Positions 8,952 through 15,710 of a stretch of 32,000 nucleotides of DNA are shown here, in pieces. How positions within the stretch are numbered: position 1 is the first letter of the stretch; each line of letters begins with the position of its first letter. The stretch covers positions 1,680,001-1,712,000 of the forward strand of contig NZ_CP042911.1 in the NCBI RefSeq assembly GCF_008065095.1. Reading direction: 5' to 3'. Under the pieces are notes generated by a model. That model saw only the letters and a list, made by a program, of their open reading frames with translations. It was not told the origin of the DNA and did not search any database. Source of the DNA: Gemmata obscuriglobus (GTDB taxonomy: Bacteria; Planctomycetota; Planctomycetia; Gemmatales; Gemmataceae). The translations under genes were made by a program, and so were the position numbers.

Positions 8952-9224
8952 GTGCTTACCGTGCGCGAGGCGGCGGAACGGGCCGCCGTGTCGGAGTCGC
9001 TGATTTATGCTTGGTGTGCCGACGGCACGCTGCCGCACATGCGCCTCGGCCGGAAGGGGAAGCGGGGCACGATCCGCATCCGCGTCGAGGACCTGGACGG
9101 GATGATGGCCGCGTTCAAGGTGTCGGGTCCTTCGGCTTCCGCCCCGGCTTCTTCGGGTTCACCGGCTTTGCCCTTTTCCGAGTTGAACTCTCAGCGGCTT
9201 GCGAAGGCATGGAGGCGGGGTTGA
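8952..9224 (+). CDS. excisionase/AlpA-like HTH (HTH_17-type) DNA-binding protein
   Basis: GTG start 5 nt after 'ggagc'. 'LTVREAAERAAVSESLIYAWCADGTLPHMRLGRKGKRGTIRIRVEDLDGMM' fits the excisionase-family HTH pattern. The last ~33 codons are antisense to the integrase-gene remnant, so they may be a fortuitous extension. Confidence 0.65.
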   Translation: MLTVREAAERAAVSESLIYAWCADGTLPHMRLGRKGKRGTIRIRVEDLDGMMAAFKVSGPSASAPASSGSPALPFSELNSQRLAKAWRRG

Positions 9225-9225
9225 T
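9115..9225 (-). pseudogene. displaced 3'-terminal fragment (last 36 codons plus stop) of a tyrosine-recombinase gene
   Basis: The reverse strand reads INPASMPSQAAESSTRKRAKPVNPKKPGRKPKDPTP*. The intact integrase C-terminus at 18647..18760 reads INGVSVPLQAVEGSTRKRAKPVNPKKPGPKPEDVPQL*. My hand nucleotide alignment gives about 81 of 100 identities, with a 46-nt core carrying one mismatch. Similarity stops abruptly at 9225/9226. Confidence 0.75.
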
Positions 9226-9330
9226 ATTATATGTATTAAATTTAATAAATTAAGATTACAAAATATGCTTGATACACGTCAAAAATATCTCATAATATCG
9301 TAGTTATTTTAAATATGCTTATTTAGATCG
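9226..9330. other. AT-rich non-coding junction block
   Basis: 'attatatgtattaaatttaataaattaagattacaaaatatgctt...' stands out against a ~70% GC background. It starts exactly where the integrase-remnant homology ends. Confidence 0.7.
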
Positions 9331-9333
9331 TTC

Positions 9334-9894
9334 GTGGAGGGCCTAAGCCGATCCTGCTCCTGCTGTTTGAATCCGGAGTGCCCGGGCTTCGGAAGCCTGA
9401 CGATCCCGGCACGATATGTGCTAAACGGGCCCCGCCTGCTCCGCTGTTCCACATGCCGGGCGCGGTTCTCCGAGCGTATGGACCCCTGCTGTACGGGCCG
9501 GTTGTCGGCTCCGAAGGTGGTCACGGTGCTGAGCCATGTGGCCGAAAGGATCGGAACACGGAAGACTGCCCGGTCGGCCGGGGTGCGTCGGGACACCGTC
9601 ACTTGACACACCTGAGCGGCCGGTGAACAGGCCCGCCACCACCATGAGTTCGTGGCTCTTTCCCCCTCGGACCAACAAGGTCTAATTCGATGAGAAGTAG
9701 TCGTTCGTGGACCGGAAGGAGAAGTACTGCGGATCCGAGGGCACCGCGGGGACTGTTGGGATCATGTGGCTCTGGACCCGGAGTGCCCGTTCCCGGAGCT
9801 CGTCCCGTTCCTCGGACGTGAAACGAGGCGCGCTCATGACTCGTTCTGCCCATCAGTTATGGCGAAACCGCACCGCGAATCTCTCACTCGATAG
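9334..9894 (+). pseudogene. IS1-like transposase gene, decayed (nonsense mutation plus frameshifts)
   Basis: The N-terminal zinc-ribbon/HTH part is intact: 'CSCCLNPECPGFG...RCSTCRARFSER...AERIGTRKTARSAGVRRDTV'. Downstream, 'FDEK*SFVDRKEKYC' has TAG where the DE(K)WSFV motif expects Trp. The next conserved piece, 'CWDHVALDPE', is in another frame. Confidence 0.6.
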
Positions 9895-9912
9895 AGCGAG
9901 AGACATTGCAAG

Positions 9913-9920
9913 CCGCGACG
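9913..9920. repeat. target-site duplication (left copy) CCGCGACG of the ISAs1-family IS
   Basis: An identical 8-mer directly abuts both inverted repeats (9913..9920 and 11173..11180). Confidence 0.7.
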
Positions 9921-11172
9921 CCAGGGCCGTTCCGTTATTCACTTTGAGGGATGCCGATAAGTTTGTGTGCGTACTCGGGGTGTAACTGGAGCCATTCGAG
10001 TGCTTCGGGTGTGCTGCGTGCCGGAACGTTACCCAGCAGGTGGATGGCGGCGTTGCGGAGCGCGGCGAGCACCTGCGGCGCGGCCCCCTTGCGGACCCGG
10101 CACGCATCCTCGCGCAGGGTCACATCCCGCACGTAATGGAGTTGGTTCTCGATGTGCCAGTGCGATCGAACCCAATCCAGAAGTGCTCGTGCGTCGGCCC
10201 GCTCGGGCGGTAAGCTGGTGATCCCGTGCACCACCTCCACCGTGGTCGCGCCGTTCGTGGTCCGGGTGCGGGTCATCCGGAACCCCTGCTTGAGCCCCTT
10301 CCACCGGTCGTGGGCGGTCACGATCGGGGTGGCCCGCAGGGTCCGCTTCTCGATCCGCCCGTGCCCCTTGTCCACCGTTGTCGCCTGGCGCCCCAGTTGC
10401 TCGGGCGTTGGGACCGGCTCGGGGGGAAGTAGCCGCCGCGATCCCTCGGGCGGCGTCCTCGAACCCGAGCCCGGCCTCGATGCTGGCCACCAGCCCCGGT
10501 TGGTTGTCCTTGGCCACCAGCACGTAATCCGCACCGCCGGCGATCACCGCCGCGGCCACGTCCCGCTGGCAGAACATCGCGTCCCCGGTGAGTACCGACC
10601 CGGCTACCGGTAGGATGCCCAGCAGCGCGAGGGCCGCCTTGTGCTCGTTGGTCTTGGCGTCCACCCGCACCTGGGCCAGCACCGCGTGGGCCGCCGGGGC
10701 GTACGCGGCCACCAGGTGCTGGCCCGGCACTTGGCCGTCCCGGCTGCCGCGCAACGTCTTGCCGTCCAAAGCGATGTGCGTCCGGGCCACGGGGCCGACG
10801 CGCCCGTCGAGCCATCGGGTCAGGGCCGCTTCGAGTTGCTGGGGATCGAACCGGCGCAGGGTCCGGGACAGGGTCGACGCGGCCGGGGTCTTGCCGCGTC
10901 GGAACCCGAGCGCGTGAGCCAGCGGGAACCCGTGCTGGCGCCCGAACCGAGCGATCCCCTGGAGGCTCGTGCGCCCCATCAGCAGGGCCAACGTGACCAA
11001 CCCGAGCACCGCCGGCAGCGGGTGAATCAGGCCCTGCAACCCGCGCGGGTCCGGGATCGTTGACAACTCCTCATACAGCGAGCGCGCGGGCATCGAGCAC
11101 CTCGGGCCGAAGGAGTTCCCCATCTATCTAACAAACCCGCTCGCGCCAAGATGAAATAAGGAACGGCCCTGG
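9921..11172 (-). mobile_element. ISAs1-family insertion sequence (about 1.25 kb)
   Basis: The left terminal inverted repeat is CCAGGGCCGTTCCGTTATTCA. The reverse complement of the right end is CCAGGGCCGTTCCTTATTTCA. The element is flanked by the 8-bp direct repeat CCGCGACG and encodes an ISAs1-type transposase. Confidence 0.8.
9935..11123 (-). pseudogene. ISAs1-family (H-repeat-associated type) transposase, frameshifted
   Basis: The N-terminal ORF 10029..11123 carries '...IPDPRGLQGLIHPLPAVLGLV...ALDGKTLRGS...DAKTNEHKAAL...TGDAMFCQRDVA...DYVLVAKDNQP'. The C-terminal ORF 9935..10534 carries 'DKGHGRIEKR...HWHIENQLHYVRDVTLREDACR'. The frames switch at a G6 run (10421..10426). Removing one G joins '...AATSP' to 'EPVPTPEQLGRQATTVDKGHGRIE'. 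Confidence 0.8.
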
Positions 11173-11180
11173 CCGCGACG
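11173..11180. repeat. target-site duplication (right copy) CCGCGACG
   Basis: See the left copy at 9913..9920. Confidence 0.7.
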
Positions 11181-11310
11181 CGACCTCCTCAACACGCTTC
11201 TTGCGGCTACCGGGTTGATCGGGTACAACATTACTACATGGAGATTCACTTTTCCGAGTGATCCGTTCTGCCTCGTTGGCCGAAGCTCGGTCTGGGGGCT
11301 GCTCGTTTCC

Positions 11311-12063
11311 ATGCCAGATTACCACTTCCGGGAGGTATCGTTGCGCTCGCTGCGTCACGCTCTGGTAGCGGTCGAATCGTTCTTCCTGCACGACTGGTTC
11401 GTGCCGTCGGCGGTCGAGGCCATCCCCAGTAACAAGCCATTGAGAGAACTGGTCGAACGCGACCTCCTATGGCCGCTGCGCCAAGACGTTGTGGGGCGAT
11501 TGTCTGCCAGGTTCTTGCTGGTCGGCCTGCTTACTGCCGGCCTGAGCGCAGCGTTGTCCCGGGGTGACTTGCTGACACATGTTTCGGGCAGCGAGTTGCT
11601 TATCCAAACGGCGACACTGGGAACCAGTGTCGCCGTGTGCCTCGTGACCTTAATCGCGCTGGGAGTTTTCGAACTCGTCGTTCCGACGCACGTGGGGCGG
11701 GCCTCCGTCCTCGGTTATTTCGACGGCTCGACTCGCAAAGGCAATCCGGTCGGAGACTGGCTGTACAACGCTCTGCTTTCTGTCAAGCTAGGTAACTTAG
11801 GGGCGGTGATACCGTACTACATTAACGCCTCACGGGAGCACTCGTTCAGCCCCGAGAGTAGGGATGAACTCAGACGAGTGGACGCTGCCGTCCGGAATGC
11901 AGTCGAAGGAATCCAAGCCGCACCAAAGTGGAACTCGAAAGTGTTCGCAGAGGTAGTCGGGGAGGTCACCTACTCGCGTTGCATGTGGCATTTGGTGATG
12001 TACCTGGCCGGAGTCGCGGCGAATCTTTTCACGGTTGCCGCATTCCGGTTGCCCCCGCACTGA
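11311..12063 (+). CDS. multi-pass membrane protein, unknown function (first gene of the low-GC cargo block)
   Basis: ORF 11215..12063; I prefer the first ATG at 11311 because the track start is TTG. Hydrophobic segments: 'ARFLLVGLLTAGLSAAL', 'LGTSVAVCLVTLIALGVFELVV', 'HLVMYLAGVAANLFTVAAF'. The start codon is uncertain. Confidence 0.5.
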   Translation: MPDYHFREVSLRSLRHALVAVESFFLHDWFVPSAVEAIPSNKPLRELVERDLLWPLRQDVVGRLSARFLLVGLLTAGLSAALSRGDLLTHVSGSELLIQTATLGTSVAVCLVTLIALGVFELVVPTHVGRASVLGYFDGSTRKGNPVGDWLYNALLSVKLGNLGAVIPYYINASREHSFSPESRDELRRVDAAVRNAVEGIQAAPKWNSKVFAEVVGEVTYSRCMWHLVMYLAGVAANLFTVAAFRLPPH

Positions 12064-12086
12064 TTACACGCCTGTGAGGCCGACAG

Positions 12087-13433
12087 ATGAAGAAGAACGC
12101 CCTGACTCTCCTGCTGCTGGCCGGCGTCGTGGCGCTCGGCGTGTGGTCCTGGACTTCGCGGGACGAAGCGAAACGCGCCGCAACAACCCGAGAACAGTAC
12201 GACCGCGAGGTCCAACAGTGGATGAGCGGGACGGTCGAAACGCTCCGCAAACAGGCCAGCTCACAGGCAGATACCAACCGCGTCTTGCTGGACTCGGTGC
12301 GGGCGCAGACGAAGCAGATCGACGACCTCCGCAAGCAGGTCGAAAGGCAACTTGTGCCGGCACAGGTCAGGAAGCAGATGATGGACAAGGGCGGCAACGG
12401 CCTGACCGAGGATGAGAGCAAGCAGATCAAGGACGACACTGACACCGCCAAAAAACACACCGCCGAGGTGGAAGACTCAGACGCACGCAAGAAGCTCGAC
12501 GACGCGATAAGGAAGGCTGATGAGATCGCCAAGAACCCGATAAAGTCGTTGGAGTCAAAAGACGCGCAGGACGCGTTGAAGAAGACGATAGACGAACTCA
12601 AAGCGGAAGAGGAGAAATCGAGAAAGCTGATCGAACAGCTCGGCAAGCAGCGACAAGAGCAAGAAAAACAAATCAAGGAGCTAAAGAAAAAGAAAGACCG
12701 TACGCCGGAGGAGGAGGAGCGGCTCAAAAAGCTCGAACAAGAGAAACAGGAGGTCGAGAAAAAGCTCGAGGCTGAGCGAAAGAAGAACGAAACCACCCGC
12801 CTCGTACTCACGCTCCTGAAGAACCTGCTAAACGCGGCAGCCCTCATCGCTTTCGCGAGCGGGAATCCTGAACTCGCCTTCGCGCTAATGACACTGGCGA
12901 ACGCCATACCGTCGGGTGGTGGTGAAGGGCCTGGTAGTGGCGACAAAGACGGCACCAAGGATGGAACCAAGGACGGCACCAAAGACGGCACCAAAGACGG
13001 GGATAAGGATGGCGACAAGGGTGACTATCCCGATCCGCCCAACCCGCCGTCTACAAGCCCGCCGCCCACGACCACGCCGCAAAAAGTTGAGAACCCGAAA
13101 CCGGACGAGAAACCGCAGCCCGCAAAGAACAGCGGCAATGTGGATGGCGGCGGTGGTGACTACGAACTGCTGCTGCAAGGCAAAGAACTTTCACGCCGGA
13201 AAGCAGGCGGCTCGGCCTGGGACTTCTTCATGCAGGTGGACGATAGCGGGGTCGAGAAACTCAAGACTGGGGTGGGAGTGGTCATCGCTATGACCGATGG
13301 TGACGGCATCCGTCGGGTCTATGTCGAGTCGCCAAAAGGCTCGAAGACATACTGGATGATCGAGGTGCGTGAGGAAGGCCGCGGCAAGATGACAATGCGG
13401 CCAATCAGTGCCAAGGACTTGCCTGAACGCTGA
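12087..13433 (+). CDS. TolA/TonB-like modular envelope protein (N-terminal TM anchor, K/E-rich coiled coil, Gly/Asp/Lys repeats, Pro-rich linker, small C-terminal domain)
   Basis: ATG 7 nt after 'gagg'. Anchor 'MKKNALTLLLLAGVVALGVWSW'. About 200 aa are charged helical sequence, for example 'EQEKQIKELKKKKDRTPEEEERLKKLEQEKQEVEKKLEAERKK'. The protein also has '(DGTK)4(DGDK)2', the Pro-rich 'YPDPPNPPSTSPPPTTTPQKVENPKPDEKPQP', and a ~95-aa C-terminal domain. The similarity to TolA/TonB is architectural only. The SHLS-type His motif is absent from the TM. Confidence 0.7.
   Translation: MKKNALTLLLLAGVVALGVWSWTSRDEAKRAATTREQYDREVQQWMSGTVETLRKQASSQADTNRVLLDSVRAQTKQIDDLRKQVERQLVPAQVRKQMMDKGGNGLTEDESKQIKDDTDTAKKHTAEVEDSDARKKLDDAIRKADEIAKNPIKSLESKDAQDALKKTIDELKAEEEKSRKLIEQLGKQRQEQEKQIKELKKKKDRTPEEEERLKKLEQEKQEVEKKLEAERKKNETTRLVLTLLKNLLNAAALIAFASGNPELAFALMTLANAIPSGGGEGPGSGDKDGTKDGTKDGTKDGTKDGDKDGDKGDYPDPPNPPSTSPPPTTTPQKVENPKPDEKPQPAKNSGNVDGGGGDYELLLQGKELSRRKAGGSAWDFFMQVDDSGVEKLKTGVGVVIAMTDGDGIRRVYVESPKGSKTYWMIEVREEGRGKMTMRPISAKDLPER
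12942..13025 (+). repeat. 12-nt tandem coding repeat (DGTK x4, DGDK x2 and flanking units)
   Basis: The repeat 'gac ggc acc aag/aaa' and its variants are read directly. On the opposite strand it produces the spurious SLVP-repeat ORF. Confidence 0.85.
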
Positions 13434-13475
13434 CCGGTGAACGACCGGCCCGCGCACCTCAGAGTAGACTGCCAC

Positions 13476-14309
13476 ATGGGACGGCCTCGCGAGATAAACG
13501 TGTTCTCGACGTCTTTCCTTGACCTGCTGTCGTGCGGGATGGGGGCGGTGATCATCCTGCTCATCATCTTCTTGAGTAGGCTGCGGATTGAGCCACGCGA
13601 CGCGGCCGCATTTGCGTCGGTCTCGTTCAGAGTCGATTACGGCGACATTCCAATTGTGGCCCACCGTGAGGTCTGGACCTTGGACGGCAAACCACTCCTC
13701 GCGATTCGACCAAGCGGCGATAGCGCCAAGCCGTTCGAGTATACGGTAGGTTCGGCTCCGACGTTCGTGGGGTTGGAGAGCGAGGCTGTGCCGAGGGTGG
13801 GGGGGGCTTCGAACCTGGACGGGGCCGACGTGACAAGCAACTTTTGGCGAGACCCGCTGGACGCGCCAAAGCTGACGTTTCCCGGCCGCGCGTCTGGAGG
13901 TGTGGTCTGCAGGCTCACGGACCACATGCCTACCGGACGGCGGCAGACATCAATATCCATCCGCGATTGGAACTCGCCGAGGGCTGTCACCTACTCTGTC
14001 CATCGGGGTTTGATCTCCGCATCTTCTGCGCATCACTTTGATGACAATCTCAACTTCGTAGGCGGTCCAGCTCCAAACGGTAGAGGGTGGGTGTCGCATA
14101 CCTACGCAGGTCGAGAAGAAGTTATATACACATTGCCAACTAGAGTGAGCGTGTCTATATACACAACAAACTCAGCCGTGTCATTCAACAGGGACATTTA
14201 CACGTACCAGTTCGTAAAATCGCCGAACGGCACATTTTCGATATCGATCATTCTAGATCCCGATGCAGAGCCGGGTACTGACCCGGTGAAGCAGGTGGGG
14301 TGGCCATGA
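13476..14309 (+). CDS. MotB/ExbD/TolR-type single-pass protein, paralog 1 (stator B-subunit-like TM with conserved Asp; novel ~230-aa periplasmic part)
   Basis: From the ATG at 13476 the protein reads 'MGRPREINVFSTSFLDLLSCGMGAVIILLIIFLS'. Compare E. coli ExbD 'DINVTPFIDVMLVLLIIF' and the MotB/PomB pattern 'TFADLMT'. The Asp sits in the TM helix. The remainder is beta-rich with no motif I recognise. Confidence 0.65.
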   Translation: MGRPREINVFSTSFLDLLSCGMGAVIILLIIFLSRLRIEPRDAAAFASVSFRVDYGDIPIVAHREVWTLDGKPLLAIRPSGDSAKPFEYTVGSAPTFVGLESEAVPRVGGASNLDGADVTSNFWRDPLDAPKLTFPGRASGGVVCRLTDHMPTGRRQTSISIRDWNSPRAVTYSVHRGLISASSAHHFDDNLNFVGGPAPNGRGWVSHTYAGREEVIYTLPTRVSVSIYTTNSAVSFNRDIYTYQFVKSPNGTFSISIILDPDAEPGTDPVKQVGWP

Positions 14310-14836
14310 GAACCCGAGAGATCACTGTCTTCAGCACCTCGTTCCTCGACCTACTCTCCTGTGGTCTGGGGGCTGTGATCCTGCTCTGCCTCGTTTTCGC
14401 CGCCTCGAAAATGTCTCAGGGTAGGGTGAAGGGCGAGACAACCCTAATTCGTGTTCGCGTCGTGCCGCACACGGGCAGCGCACCTCCGAAGCTCGGCGTT
14501 TACGTCGAACTCGGCGATGTCGGCTGCCGGCTGAGCGCGGGAGAGCCGCCGCTGGCTGTGGGGGGAGTGAAGTTGAGCATCATCCCACAAGATCTCGGCG
14601 CGAACGAGTATACCGTCGTGCTGACCGGAGAGCGATTCGACCGCACCCACCGCGTGGGTGTATACATCCACGACTACGCTGACGCCCCCCGCCAAGGGAT
14701 CGACGTGGAAGTCGAACGGTACGGGAAAGGTGCATCGACCAAGGACAAGGTGCAGTTGAAACCGGGTGAGGCGGCCCACCGAAGTTTCACGCTTGAGGGG
14801 GTCGAGTCAGATACCTACAGTTTCCGATGGGAATGA
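14306..14836 (+). CDS. MotB/ExbD/TolR-type single-pass protein, paralog 2
   Basis: The ATG overlaps the stop of the upstream gene (ATGA). 'MRTREITVFSTSFLDLLSCGLGAVILLCLVF' is nearly identical at protein level to the paralog 1 N-terminus but differs at many synonymous sites. The ~135-aa periplasmic part is unrelated to that of paralog 1. Confidence 0.65.
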   Translation: MRTREITVFSTSFLDLLSCGLGAVILLCLVFAASKMSQGRVKGETTLIRVRVVPHTGSAPPKLGVYVELGDVGCRLSAGEPPLAVGGVKLSIIPQDLGANEYTVVLTGERFDRTHRVGVYIHDYADAPRQGIDVEVERYGKGASTKDKVQLKPGEAAHRSFTLEGVESDTYSFRWE

Positions 14837-14843
14837 GAGCGTG

Positions 14844-15707
14844 ATGAGGCGTTGGAGGCGGACATTGACCTTCACTGGCGTCGTCCTCGCCGGGGCGACT
14901 GTCGTCGGTCCATTCACCGTTACCACGGCCCAGCCCCCAACCACAAGTAGTTCACAACTTGCCCAGCGTTTCACGACACTGAACGGGTACTTGGACCCCA
15001 AGGCCAAGCAACTCGGCTACTATTCGAGCATGTCTGACTTTCGGGTCTACCTGAGCGACGCGAACGATCAGGTCTGGCTAGAGTGGGGGCCGCGCTCCGA
15101 CTGTCAGCGGATCGACCCCGTCACAAGCCAGCAGTTCTGGAAAGACATGCTGAACAACACTTATCCGGGAGAATTGAGGCCGGCCCACAAGTACGCTTCG
15201 TTTCTCGATGTGGTGTCCAAATTCGGCCAAGGCGGGAAGCAGATCGGGTACCGTGAGTCGCAGGCGGCAGATGCCTTTTTCATCTTTCAGAAAGACACGC
15301 GTTCGGTATTAACCGCTCGTGTGGCCTCCCCGCTGCTTTCTCTGCCATACGACCTAGACGTGTTCGAGGACGGCATCGCCTCCGAAGCCCTGCAACCGCT
15401 ACTCACTCTCGTGGCGGCCGAGACGCACTCGGCCCGCTGGATCGGATTGGGCAGGGAGGGGGTAGCGTTCGCCACGGCGAGGGAGTACAGGATTGCCGAG
15501 TGGCGGTCGGGTGCACTGCGCCCGACCCGATCGCACCTTATTGCGCGCTGCGGACTTCCTGGTTGGGTCAGGACGCTCGGAGGAGTGGACCCAGCGGTGG
15601 CGGGCATGGATGCCGTCGCCGCGCTCGCAGTCACCTCGCCAGATGTGTGGCACTCACACCCTTACAGCTACCCGTCCGATCCGGATGTGTGGTTCTTCGG
15701 AGACTAA
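14844..15707 (+). CDS. secreted or periplasmic protein of unknown function
   Basis: ATG at 14844 (GTG at 14841 is also possible), 5-8 nt after the upstream stop. Signal-like 'MRRWRRTLTFTGVVLAGATVVGPFTVTTAQP'; the RR pair could be Tat-like, with low confidence. Confidence 0.6.
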   Translation: MRRWRRTLTFTGVVLAGATVVGPFTVTTAQPPTTSSSQLAQRFTTLNGYLDPKAKQLGYYSSMSDFRVYLSDANDQVWLEWGPRSDCQRIDPVTSQQFWKDMLNNTYPGELRPAHKYASFLDVVSKFGQGGKQIGYRESQAADAFFIFQKDTRSVLTARVASPLLSLPYDLDVFEDGIASEALQPLLTLVAAETHSARWIGLGREGVAFATAREYRIAEWRSGALRPTRSHLIARCGLPGWVRTLGGVDPAVAGMDAVAALAVTSPDVWHSHPYSYPSDPDVWFFGD

Positions 15708-15710
15708 CCT

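Noticed and set aside
12029-13018. 329-aa reverse-strand ORF with SLVP repeats
   Set aside because: It is the mirror image of the K/E-rich coiled coil and DGTK repeat of 12087..13433 (AAG/GAA read as CTT/TTC). The Ser/Phe/Leu/Cys-rich product is not credible.
14101-14290. AT-rich codon runs inside 13476..14309 and inside the TolC-like gene (29881..30060)
   Set aside because: They are much less extreme than the T4CP patch. In the first case the run lies within an already low-GC gene. They are mentioned in the findings but not treated as separate signals.
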